Shown here: piece by piece, positions 47,657 to 56,774 of the stretch
How the letters are laid out: the number at the start of each line of letters is the position of its first letter
How positions within the stretch are numbered: the first letter of the stretch is position 1
NCBI GenBank assembly: GCA_035712145.1
Contig: DASTBI010000163.1
Coordinates: 3,241 to 67,240 of the forward strand
DNA: 64,000 nt
Origin: Candidatus Eiseniibacteriota bacterium
GTDB lineage: Bacteria > Eisenbacteria > RBG-16-71-46
Direction: 5' to 3'
Notes under the pieces: model-generated
Database searches by the model: none
Told to the model about the DNA's origin: nothing
What the model saw: the letters and a program-made list of their open reading frames with translations, nothing else
Position numbers and translations under genes: made by a program

Positions 47657-50600
47657 CGGCGGCTTCCGTTCAGCGATCGCAAGTAGGCCTCGACGAAGCT
47701 GCGGTACTGAGCGGGATACCGATCCAGCTCGGACTTGAGCAGGTCCTGACGGAAGCGATCGGACTGGCGCAGCAGCTCGGCCGGAATCTCGGCAGGGCTC
47801 TGGCCGGCGACGTCCTGTCCCGGTCGCGACTCGCGCTGCGGATCGAAGTCACGGCGGTTCACCGAGCGCTGGGCGTCGAGCAGCCGGGAGAGGATCTTCT
47901 GCTGCTTCTCCTCCAGCGAGCCGTCGGCCGCTCCCTGCCTCAGCGCTTCCTCGACTTCCTTCATCTCGCGCTCGGTCTGCTGGAGGCGGCCGAGCAGCTC
48001 GCGCTTGGACTCCTCCTCCGCGCGGATCTGCTCGAGCTCGTGACGAATCCGCTCCTGCTCGCGCGCCAGGCGGTCCATCTGCTCGCGATCGCCGGCCGAG
48101 AGTCGCATCTGCTCGGAGAGCTGCTTGGCCAGGCTTCGTGTCTGCTGATTGAGCTGGCTCTGCATCTCGGAGATGTTGCCGATCTTTTGCGGGTTCGGCC
48201 GCGTGCCGCTCTTGCCGGAGCCCGGCTGGTCGCACATCGCCCCTTCGGCCTCGCGCAGGGAGAGGATCGCCTGGTTGAGCGAGCGCGCCGCGTTGCGGCC
48301 GGCCTCCTCGCCACGCGCGCGGTTCCCGGCCGACAGCTCGCGACCCGATTCGTTGAGGCCGTTGATCGCCCGGCCCAGCGCCTCCGAGAGCTGCGGTGAG
48401 ATGAAGGGGGTCTGCCGCGACAGCTGGTACAGCGAGTCGGCGACTCGAGCGGTGCCTTCGGAGAGATCGGTCTGGCGGTCAGCCATGGCGCGGGGCGGGG
48501 CGTTGGAGCCCAGATTCCCCTCGCTCTCGCGCTGCAGCGACACCAGGTCCTGCGCCGCGCGACGCACGGCAGCCAGATCCACCTGGTCCTGCTCGGACTG
48601 GGACTGCTGCGCCATGCTCTGCATGCGCTCGGCCGCGCGCTGGAGCGCGTCGCTCGCCTGCTTGCCGGACTGCTGCGCCTTGGACGACTGACCTTTCTCG
48701 GAGGACTGGGACGCCTGCTCCTGGGCCTTCGCCGCTTCCTGGGACAGCTCCTGCGCCGCGGTCTCCATTTCCTGCTTCTGCTGCGCATCCTCGGACTTGG
48801 CCGCCTGCTCCTGGGTCTCCTGGCCGAGCTGCTTGCTCTCCTCCGCCGCGCGCTGCTGCCGATCGGACAGGTCCTTGCGCTCCTTGGCGTCGCTCTGCTC
48901 CTTGCCCGACTGCTCGTGCTCCTGGTTGAGCGCGTCCTGCTGGGCCTTGAGATCCTCGGCGCGCTTGGCCAGCTCCTGCAGCTTCTCTTCCTCGCGCAGT
49001 TTCTTGAGCAGCTCGAGCGTGCGCTCGAGGTTCTCGACCAGCTCCTTGTTTTCGGTTCTCCATTGCGGCATCTGCCGCTCGAGCGCGCGCCGATCGAGGT
49101 TCTCCATCGCCTGCTGCATCTTCTTCAGCGCTTCCTTGAACTCGGGCGACTGGATCTGCTCCATGAGCTGCTGCACCTGATTCAGCTTGCGCATCAGCTC
49201 CTGATCGAAGGCATTCCGCTCGGCGGCCTCATCGATGCTCTGCTGCAGCTGCTGGGCGGCCTGATCGATCTGACGTCCGATCTCCTGCTGGCGCTGGAGG
49301 GCGCCGCGCAGCTCTTCACTGCGCTCGAAGTTCTGACCTGGCGCCGACTCCTGGGGCTGCTGCTGGCGCGACAGCTTGTCGAGCGACTTCTGCAGCTCGC
49401 GCGCCTGTTCGGCGACCCGCTCCAGAGTGTTCTGCGCGCCGCTCTGCTGCTGCTCGACGTTCTGGTAGAGGTCGGCGACCGAAGGGAAGCGAAGCTGGAA
49501 CTCCGGGCTCACCGCCCGTCCGCGTCCGGTGACCGCGTTGTCGTCGAACAGGACGAGCCGGAACGCGGCGCTCTGCCCGGGAAGCAGGGCCAGTCCCGAA
49601 GCGTCCCAGCGCGTGTCCACGCGCGCATCCCGCGGGTGGGCCGGAAAGTTGGCGAGAGGGAGATCGGTCCAAGGATTCTCGGGAGCCATCCGATACTGGA
49701 GCTTGAGCTCGGTGAGTCCGAGATCGTCCTGCGCCAGCACCTGCAGCGGCACCTGCTGACCGGTCGGCAGGTCGACGTCGCCCTCGGGAGTCCGCACCAT
49801 CAGCACGGGCGGCGCATCGGCCAGCGCGGTGACCCGGTAGCGGAAGCGTCCCTCGCGGGGCGCGGCCTCGTCGCTCTCGTCCGACTGCGCGGCGGCGATG
49901 AGCTCGTAATCCCCGTCGCGATCGATGGGGACCACGCCGCGCCAGCGCCGAGGAGAGAGCGATTCCCAGCGGCGCGTCGACGCGCCGTCCTTCGCCTCCA
50001 GCGTCTCGAGGTCACGGTCGAAGGTCACGACCAGCGTGGCGCGGCTGCCGCGCAGCGCCGACAGGTCTCCGCGCGAGGAAGTCCCGCGCTGCACCGGAAG
50101 CCGCGCGTACGAAGGCGCGCGATACTCGATCTCGAAGCTCACCGGAGACAGTGCGCCGGAGAGGCCGATGCGGTAGCGAGGGCTCTTCGTGGCCGCCACC
50201 TTCACCCAGTACTCCGAAGCGCTGGTCAGCTGGGCCAGGTCGAAGCGCCAGATCCGCGCGCCGGCTTCGTCCCGCCCTTCGGACGCCGCCTCGACCGGGT
50301 CACCAGGAGCGCGCTCGAGGCGCGGCGCACGCTCACTGCCCCACACACGCGCGCGCACCGCCAGCGATGCGCCCGGCGTGACGGTGACCGATCCCGGCTC
50401 GACGACGAGCCGCACCGGCGGCGCGGCGGCCTCCGGGTTCCAGAGCGTGGCCCAGGAGCGCTGCGTGCGCGCGGGCCACAGCGAACCCACGAGAACCATC
50501 GCGGCAAGACAGGCCGCCATCACCACGGCCGGACGACGAGGAGCGATCTTCGGCTGCAGCGTGACGAGGTCCGTGCCCTCGAGCTGCCGCAGCGTCTCCT

Positions 50601-50985
50601 GCCGCAGCGCTCCCGCCAGCTCGGGAGAGACGTCGCGCAGCTCGGCGCCCTCGAAATCCACGGCGTTGCGGAGCAGGGACCTCAAGTTGGGGAATCGAGA
50701 CTCGACCTGCTCGAGGTACGCCGGCATCGAGAGCACGTTGCGCGCGTACCGCGCGCCCGCGGCGAGCAGCGCCATGACCGCGGCCGTGGCCAGCAGCGAA
50801 AGCCTCAGCCACGCGGTGGCGACGCCCGGAGTGATCGCGACGCCGATGAAGAGAGCAAGCGCCACGAGCACGGCGCATCGCTCGGCGCCGCGCAGCGCGC
50901 AGCGCCACATCCAGGCGCGACGGTGCTGTTGGTGCTGGCGCTCCAGCGGGTGTCGAAGATCGGATTCGGGCGCGCGTCGTGTCAT
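47653..50985 (-). CDS. DUF4175-like large membrane protein with long Gln/Glu-rich coiled-coil region
   Basis: 1110 aa. N-terminal TM helices, beta-rich middle, about 500 aa of Q/E/K/A low-complexity coiled coil (about 47900..49480), and the C-terminal ...DRYPAQYRSFVEAYLRSLN. Confidence 0.8.
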   Translation of the reverse strand: MTRRAPESDLRHPLERQHQQHRRAWMWRCALRGAERCAVLVALALFIGVAITPGVATAWLRLSLLATAAVMALLAAGARYARNVLSMPAYLEQVESRFPNLRSLLRNAVDFEGAELRDVSPELAGALRQETLRQLEGTDLVTLQPKIAPRRPAVVMAACLAAMVLVGSLWPARTQRSWATLWNPEAAAPPVRLVVEPGSVTVTPGASLAVRARVWGSERAPRLERAPGDPVEAASEGRDEAGARIWRFDLAQLTSASEYWVKVAATKSPRYRIGLSGALSPVSFEIEYRAPSYARLPVQRGTSSRGDLSALRGSRATLVVTFDRDLETLEAKDGASTRRWESLSPRRWRGVVPIDRDGDYELIAAAQSDESDEAAPREGRFRYRVTALADAPPVLMVRTPEGDVDLPTGQQVPLQVLAQDDLGLTELKLQYRMAPENPWTDLPLANFPAHPRDARVDTRWDASGLALLPGQSAAFRLVLFDDNAVTGRGRAVSPEFQLRFPSVADLYQNVEQQQSGAQNTLERVAEQARELQKSLDKLSRQQQPQESAPGQNFERSEELRGALQRQQEIGRQIDQAAQQLQQSIDEAAERNAFDQELMRKLNQVQQLMEQIQSPEFKEALKKMQQAMENLDRRALERQMPQWRTENKELVENLERTLELLKKLREEEKLQELAKRAEDLKAQQDALNQEHEQSGKEQSDAKERKDLSDRQQRAAEESKQLGQETQEQAAKSEDAQQKQEMETAAQELSQEAAKAQEQASQSSEKGQSSKAQQSGKQASDALQRAAERMQSMAQQSQSEQDQVDLAAVRRAAQDLVSLQRESEGNLGSNAPPRAMADRQTDLSEGTARVADSLYQLSRQTPFISPQLSEALGRAINGLNESGRELSAGNRARGEEAGRNAARSLNQAILSLREAEGAMCDQPGSGKSGTRPNPQKIGNISEMQSQLNQQTRSLAKQLSEQMRLSAGDREQMDRLAREQERIRHELEQIRAEEESKRELLGRLQQTEREMKEVEEALRQGAADGSLEEKQQKILSRLLDAQRSVNRRDFDPQRESRPGQDVAGQSPAEIPAELLRQSDRFRQDLLKSELDRYPAQYRSFVEAYLRSLNGSRR

Positions 50986-51020
50986 GAGGTTTTGCCGCTG
51001 GCGGCCCGTGGGGGACGGGG

Positions 51021-51773
51021 TCAGTGCGTCAGCGCATAGTGGACGATGTTGAGACCCATGCGCAGCGCCTGCTCGCGTTTTTCGGGCGGATCGTGATGAA
51101 CGTCTTCATCCTCGAGACCGTCACCGAGGTCCGTGTCGTGCGAATAGAATACAACCAGCCTTCCTTGGTGAACAATGCCGTACGCCTTGGCGGGACCACC
51201 CGCGTGCTCATGAATCTTCGGCAACCCGCTCGGGAATTCGTAAAGGCCGTGAAAAATAGGATGCGAATACGGGATCTCGATGAGCGGACTCTCGGGAAAG
51301 ATGCGGCGAATCTCGCGACGGAACGAAGGATCGATCCCGAAGTCGTCGTCCACCCACCAAAATCCCCCGGTCGTCAGGTATCGGCGCATGTTCGTCACTT
51401 CGGTCGGCGTGAACTTCATGTTCCCGTGACCGCACGCGAACAGGAAGGGGTACTGGAACAGGGCGGCGCTTGCCGGCTCCACGACCGCCTCGCGCTCCCC
51501 GCCGACCGGGATCGAGGTTCGGGCGCCGACTCCGCGCATGAGGTTCACCATCGAGGTCCGATCCTCATACCAGTCGCCGCCTCCGCCGTACTTGAGGCGC
51601 GCGATGCTGAACGCGCGAGCGCCGGGCGGGGAGGGCTGGCCGGGGCCCAGGGCTGGACCGCGCGGCGCCACCTGGGCCAGGGACGCAAGCGTCGCGACCA
51701 GGAGGAATAGCGTCGCGAGGGAAACGGCCGGAGCGATCTGGCGCACTGGGGGTCGGCGGGGCGGGATGGGCAC
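51021..51773 (-). CDS. DUF4159 domain-containing protein
   Basis: ARLKYGGGGDWYEDRTS..., FQYPFLFACGHGNMKFTPTEVTNMRRYLTTGGFWWVDDDFG, SHPIFHGLYEF. This matches my recollection of the DUF4159 consensus. GTG start. Confidence 0.82.
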   Translation of the reverse strand: MPIPPRRPPVRQIAPAVSLATLFLLVATLASLAQVAPRGPALGPGQPSPPGARAFSIARLKYGGGGDWYEDRTSMVNLMRGVGARTSIPVGGEREAVVEPASAALFQYPFLFACGHGNMKFTPTEVTNMRRYLTTGGFWWVDDDFGIDPSFRREIRRIFPESPLIEIPYSHPIFHGLYEFPSGLPKIHEHAGGPAKAYGIVHQGRLVVFYSHDTDLGDGLEDEDVHHDPPEKREQALRMGLNIVHYALTH

Positions 51774-51776
51774 CCC

Positions 51777-52901
51777 TTAAAGGATGGTCAGCTCCCGGTC
51801 TCCGGTTCGAGTGATCTGCAGTGGGACCAGGCCGGTGCCCACTCGCCCCCAGAATTGGAAACCGAGCGCCCCGCGCGGAGAGATCGAGTAGCTCCCTTCC
51901 TTCCGGAAGAGGCTGTAGTCCTCGAAGTTCGCCAGCCAGTCGGCGGGCGTCGTCAAGTCGGCCATGAGATCCGCCAGGTTCTTGTGACTACGCGCGATCA
52001 GACGACCCGAGTCGTCCACGGCCGTGATTCGAGCCTGATAGAGCAGGCCCGTGAGGAGGGGGTACTTCGTCCTGACGATCGTGAGGTCGGCCGACGGATC
52101 CGCGGGAACGAAGACGATGAGCTGATCCTGGGTCACGCCAAGGTAGGTCGGCGAGGGGAGTCCGGTCGCCACCAGATCCGCAGAGTCCTGCCCGGCGAAC
52201 TGGTAGACGTGCACCCAGTAACCGGCGGCGTTCGGCACCTCGCTCCATGCCAGTCTGAAGATGGAGTCGACCGGTGGGGGGACGCGCGGGTCGAGCCCGT
52301 TCACCGAGGTGAGCGTGATGCCGGACGGGAGCGGATCCGACCCGCCAGTCCCGATGTTCGTCTTTGGAGCGCCGCTGACCACGGTTCCCGAAGCCGTGCC
52401 GCGCCCGATGTATTCGGGCGAGGATCCAGGTGAGCGGTCCGAGAACTCGAAGACGTCGGTGTTGAATCCCAGGTATCGCCTCGCCGGTGGCAACAGGTAA
52501 TCGAAAATGGGAAGGAAGCTGCCGCCATTCTTCCTGAGGATCTCGAACTCGCTTGCGGGCGTGAAGTCGAAGATGAAACCTCGCGTCGCCCCCGGACCCG
52601 CAGCATAGACGAGCTCTTCACTGAGGTAGGTGTCCTGGAAGACCTCGCCAGTCCCAGGGGAGGACCAGCTCGGGCCGCCCGCCTCTTGATCCAAGAACGT
52701 CCAAACCTCGTTGGGTGTGTCGCGCCAGACGATGAGCTGGGATTCCGATGGAATCCCTACGACGCCATCGCCCGGAACCACCATCGACTTCTTCTCACAG
52801 GAGGCCAACAGCAGCGCGCTCGAGGTCAGCAGGCCCAACAGGGCGAAGCCCGAGAGAGAGCGCAGACAAAGGCGAGGACCCTTCATGGACTTCTCCGTCA
52901 T
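51777..52901 (-). CDS. hypothetical lipoprotein
   Basis: The ATG at 52901 overlaps the secF stop (ATGA). MTEKSMKGPRLCLRSLSGFALLGLLTSSALLLASC lipobox. The listed N-terminal extension to 53273 lies inside secF. Confidence 0.75.
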   Translation of the reverse strand: MTEKSMKGPRLCLRSLSGFALLGLLTSSALLLASCEKKSMVVPGDGVVGIPSESQLIVWRDTPNEVWTFLDQEAGGPSWSSPGTGEVFQDTYLSEELVYAAGPGATRGFIFDFTPASEFEILRKNGGSFLPIFDYLLPPARRYLGFNTDVFEFSDRSPGSSPEYIGRGTASGTVVSGAPKTNIGTGGSDPLPSGITLTSVNGLDPRVPPPVDSIFRLAWSEVPNAAGYWVHVYQFAGQDSADLVATGLPSPTYLGVTQDQLIVFVPADPSADLTIVRTKYPLLTGLLYQARITAVDDSGRLIARSHKNLADLMADLTTPADWLANFEDYSLFRKEGSYSISPRGALGFQFWGRVGTGLVPLQITRTGDRELTIL

Positions 52902-53815
52902 TCGGCCTGAATGCCCTTCCGCCGATCCAGCCAGATCCAGATGTCCAACGCCAGCGCGCTCGCAAGGTAGACCGAGGAGTAAGTCCCGATCAGGATCCCT
53001 ATGAGCGTGGCGAAGGAGAAATCCTGCAGCACATCGCCACCCCAGACCAGCAGGGCCACCGCGCTGAGGAAGACCGTGGTGTTGGTGATCACGGTGCGCG
53101 AGAGCGTCTCGTTGACCGCGATGTCCATGGCGATCGAGTGCTTCTCCTTGCGAAGCGCCTTGGATCGCTCCCGGATCCGGTCGAAGACCACGACCTTGTC
53201 GTTGATCGAGAACCCGGCAATGGTCAGCAGGGCGGCGATCACCGTGAGGCTGACTTCCCGGTTCGTGAAGCACAGGAAGCCCAGGGTCGCGAACACGTCG
53301 TGGAAGAGCGCGACGACGGCGCCCAGGGCGAACTTGAACTCGTACCGCACACCGACGTAGATCAGGATCCCGGCCAGGCTGCCGAGGATGGCCCAGATCG
53401 CCTTCTCGCGGAGCTCGCTGCCGACCTTGGGCCCGACCAGCTCGCTGCGCCGCAGCTCCACGTTGACCCCCGGCGCGCGCCGGGTGATGGCCTGGCGCAC
53501 CGTGGAGAACAGATCCTCGCTGTTCTGCTCCGCCTTGACCCGCAGCATGTACTCGTCGTGCTGGTCGCCGGTCTGCTGGAGCTCGACGCCCCGGAGGCCC
53601 GCCTCTTCGAGTGCGGCGCGCACCTGGTCGGCCGCGAGCACGGTGCTGGTGCGAATCTGAAGCATCGTCCCGCCGGTGAAGTCGACGCTGTATCGGGGGC
53701 CCCCGCGGCTCACGAGCCAGACGACGGTCGCCAGGATCAGCACCGCCGACATGACGTAAGCCACCCGGCGGTACCGCATGAACGGGAACTTGGTGCCGAC
53801 CAGCAGCTGGATCAT
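52898..53815 (-). CDS. secF: protein translocase subunit SecF
   Basis: 305 aa. FPFMRYRRVAY..., DFTGGT, six-TM layout, INDKVVVFDRIRE. Confidence 0.95.
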   Translation of the reverse strand: MIQLLVGTKFPFMRYRRVAYVMSAVLILATVVWLVSRGGPRYSVDFTGGTMLQIRTSTVLAADQVRAALEEAGLRGVELQQTGDQHDEYMLRVKAEQNSEDLFSTVRQAITRRAPGVNVELRRSELVGPKVGSELREKAIWAILGSLAGILIYVGVRYEFKFALGAVVALFHDVFATLGFLCFTNREVSLTVIAALLTIAGFSINDKVVVFDRIRERSKALRKEKHSIAMDIAVNETLSRTVITNTTVFLSAVALLVWGGDVLQDFSFATLIGILIGTYSSVYLASALALDIWIWLDRRKGIQAE

Positions 53816-53825
53816 CGAGAGGCCC

Positions 53826-55388
53826 TCAGATGCTCAAGCGCTCGGGCTTGCCGCGGTTGAGCCAGTAGTCGTAGATCAGGCGGGTGAAGAGCACCGCCGT
53901 GAACACGTTCGCGATGAGGCCGATGCTCAACGTCACCGCGAAGCCCTTGATGGGGCCCGTGCCGAACTGGAAGAGGAACAGCGCGCAGATCAAGGTGGTG
54001 AGGTTGGAGTCCATGATCGTCCGGAAGGCGCGGTCGTAGCCGAGATTGACCGACTGGCGCACGCTCTTCTGGTTGCGCAGCTCCTCACGGATGCGCTCGA
54101 AGATCAGCACGTTGGCGTCGACCGACATTCCGATGGTGAGAACCAGGCCGGCGATGCCCGGCAGGGTCAACGAGGCGCCGAAACCGGAGAGCGCGGCGAC
54201 GACGTAGAACATGTTGAGCAGCATGGCGAGGATCGCGATCATCCCGGAGAGCCGGTAGTAGAACACCATGAAGACCACCACCAGGATGCTGCCGATGAGG
54301 CCCGCCATCAGGCCCTTCTGGATCGAATCGCTGCCGAGCGAAGGACCCACCGATCGTTCCTCGATGGTCCGTACCGGGGCCGGCAGCGCGCCGGCGCGGA
54401 GGACGATGCCCAGGTCCTTGGCTTCCTCGAGTCCAAAGGAGCCGGTGATCGATGCGTCGCCGCTCGGGATGCGCTCGCGGATCACGGGCGCCGAGCTGAC
54501 CTTGGAGTCGAGCACGATCGCGAGCTGCCGATTGACGTTGTTGCCGGTGACCCGCGCGAAGTCGGCGCGGCCCTTCGGCGTCATGGTCATGGTCACGCCC
54601 CAGGCTCCGGGGTTGGTCTGATCGAGACCGACTCGCGCCTCGGCGGTGGCGATGGAGTTGCCGGTCATTTCGGGCGTGCGCTTCACCACCCAGAGCAGGC
54701 GGCCGGTGACGCCCTGGAAGTTCTCGTCGTCGGAGGACCACAGGATCTGGGAGTCGGAAGGGACGATCGAGTCGATCCCTGGAGTCGCCAGCAGCCGAGC
54801 GACCGCCGAGGTGTCGTCGAGCCGCACGAAGGCCGAGGACTGGATGTCGAGGAAGTGGCCGGTCAGCGGCGTGTTGCGCAAGGTGGTGTCGAGCGCAGCA
54901 CCGGCCCCGCGAGCCGCGAGGTAGCTGTCGAGGCGAGCGAGGATGTTGCGGACCTCTTCCGGGGACCGCACCAGCTTGAACTCCAGCAGAGCGGTCCGTC
55001 CGATCAGCTCACGGGCGCGCTCGCGGTCGGTGAGCCCGGGAAGCTGAACGATGATTCGATCCTCTCCCTGCTTCTGGATCAGCGGCTCGGCGACGCCGAA
55101 CTGGTCGACGCGACGCTCGATGACCTCGCGCGCACGATCGACGGCATCGGCGGCTTCGGCGGCGGAGAGCTTGGACCGGTCGACCTCGAGCAGCACCTGC
55201 ATGCCGCCCTGGAGATCGAGCCCCAGATGGATGGCCTTCTTGCGGAGCTCGCGCAGCTCGCTCGGGGGGAGCTTCGCCCGCTCCGCCGGGCTCAACGAGT
55301 AGTAGCGGTAGGAGGGCCACAGGTACCAGAGGGAGAGCAGCGTCGCGGCCACGACGCTCAACAGCTTCCACTGGTCTGCGCGCGTCAT
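53826..55388 (-). CDS. secD: protein translocase subunit SecD
   Basis: 520 aa. LGLDLQGG, a periplasmic domain, and the C-terminal six-TM region with DANVLIFERIREE. Confidence 0.95.
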   Translation of the reverse strand: MTRADQWKLLSVVAATLLSLWYLWPSYRYYSLSPAERAKLPPSELRELRKKAIHLGLDLQGGMQVLLEVDRSKLSAAEAADAVDRAREVIERRVDQFGVAEPLIQKQGEDRIIVQLPGLTDRERARELIGRTALLEFKLVRSPEEVRNILARLDSYLAARGAGAALDTTLRNTPLTGHFLDIQSSAFVRLDDTSAVARLLATPGIDSIVPSDSQILWSSDDENFQGVTGRLLWVVKRTPEMTGNSIATAEARVGLDQTNPGAWGVTMTMTPKGRADFARVTGNNVNRQLAIVLDSKVSSAPVIRERIPSGDASITGSFGLEEAKDLGIVLRAGALPAPVRTIEERSVGPSLGSDSIQKGLMAGLIGSILVVVFMVFYYRLSGMIAILAMLLNMFYVVAALSGFGASLTLPGIAGLVLTIGMSVDANVLIFERIREELRNQKSVRQSVNLGYDRAFRTIMDSNLTTLICALFLFQFGTGPIKGFAVTLSIGLIANVFTAVLFTRLIYDYWLNRGKPERLSI

Positions 55389-55784
55389 CCTGAGGTTTCC
55401 CTAGACGATGAACGGCCGGGCGGGCTCACGCCCCCCGGCGCATGCGGGCAAAAGAGGTGCGGCAGTCTACGGGCGCCTCGAGCGAGTGTCAACGAAACCG
55501 AGGACCGGGACTGGGGCCGGTTGGCGGCCGGCCCCCGAAGAAGGCTCGAAAGGTACTCGGTGGGTCGGGGTGAGGAGAGGAACGAGGCGATTTTGCGGGA
55601 TCCCGGTCGAGGAACGTCGCCGTCGACGGCAAGAACGAGTCCATGCACGCGGCCGTTGTCCGCGCCACGGTTATGCGAACGTCCCCGTCGTCGCGGCGTC
55701 GGCGATGTCGGCAGGCCGACGACGCCGGTCACATCACCGCGCCGGAAGTGGTTGCAGCAAAGCGCGCAAGCCGCATTCCCATTC

Positions 55785-55813
55785 TTGACACCCCCCGAGG
55801 CCATTCCTATACT
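55785..55813 (+). promoter_or_regulatory. near-consensus sigma70 promoter TTGACA-N17-TATACT
   Basis: TTGACA at 55785..55790, a 17-nt spacer, TATACT at 55808..55813, about 60 nt upstream of the OMP gene ATG. Confidence 0.55.
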
Positions 55814-55873
55814 GCCGCGCCTTCGCACCCGGGACGTTTCCCATCCTCCAAGGGAACCGAGGAGCTCCAACGC

Positions 55874-56722
55874 ATGATCCTGCGCCCATTCGGGGTGCGA
55901 ATCGTCTTTTTCTCGCTCTTCCTGGCCGCGCCCTGTCTGGCGCAAGACGCGCCCGCTCCAAGCCCCACTCCTGAGCCCGAGGTCAAATTGGCGCCGGCCG
56001 ACAGCACACCGAAGGCCGAGCCCGCTCCCGCCCCGGCCACCGCGACCATCGCGCCCGCGGCCGTGGCGCCGGCCGCCGCGGAGAGCAAGGCATTTCCAAA
56101 CCACGCGGGTGTCGGGGGATTGATCGGCGGGTCGTGGTTCTACGCCGCCGAGGACTACTCCGAGGGCTCGCATCCCCGCTTCGATTTCAGTGGGCAGTTC
56201 CGCTACAACCTGCGCCCGAGCTGGCGGCTTCAGGTGAGCCCTGGATTCACGTGGTCGGCCTACTCCAAGAAGCACTCGCCGCCCTTCACCGATCCGAAGT
56301 TCCCCGAGGACACGAACAAAGAGAGCTATCTCACGCTCCTCGTTCCGGTCTCCGCCCAGATCCAGTGGATCTGGGGCAGGTCGCCGAGGCTCTACCATGT
56401 GGGAGCCGGTCCGGGGGTCTATCGCCTCTGGATCGAGAACCATCGCAAGGTGCTGGCCGACCCGGCCACCCAGAGGCTCCACCGCGGGAACTATTTCGGC
56501 TTCACGGCCGAGGTCGGAGCGGAGCAGTTCCTCAAGGGTCTTCCGAAGACGAGCGTGGAGATTTCGATGGCTCAACACCACGTCATGGCGGAACGTGACG
56601 ACCAGTTCCCGTCCGGCTGGAACAGCGCAGCCAGGACCATCGCGCTGCGCGCCGGAGTCAATTATTATTTCGACCTGAACAAGCCGAAGGAGACCTCGGA
56701 GTTGCCCCCGGGGCTCAAGTGA
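55874..56722 (+). CDS. outer-membrane beta-barrel protein with Pro/Ala-rich N-terminal linker
   Basis: ATG at 55874 after GAGGAG. Signal peptide [14 protein letters not shown], a PAPxP linker, alternating aromatic/hydrophobic strands, and a terminal region ...AGVNYYFD. Confidence 0.7.
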   Translation: MILRPFGVRIVFFSLFLAAPCLAQDAPAPSPTPEPEVKLAPADSTPKAEPAPAPATATIAPAAVAPAAAESKAFPNHAGVGGLIGGSWFYAAEDYSEGSHPRFDFSGQFRYNLRPSWRLQVSPGFTWSAYSKKHSPPFTDPKFPEDTNKESYLTLLVPVSAQIQWIWGRSPRLYHVGAGPGVYRLWIENHRKVLADPATQRLHRGNYFGFTAEVGAEQFLKGLPKTSVEISMAQHHVMAERDDQFPSGWNSAARTIALRAGVNYYFDLNKPKETSELPPGLK

Positions 56723-56774
56723 CAGGCGGCGAGGATCCAGGAGGACTCGCGCGATTTCGGGAGGTGAGCGCAAG

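Noticed and set aside
47900-49480. Low-complexity CAG/GAG-rich DNA
   Set aside because: It is explained as the Gln/Glu-rich coiled coil of the DUF4175-like protein. The frame stays open throughout.
55389-55873. Expected yajC gene upstream of secD
   Set aside because: No small ORF with a YajC-like single-TM sequence exists on the minus strand here. yajC is presumably elsewhere.
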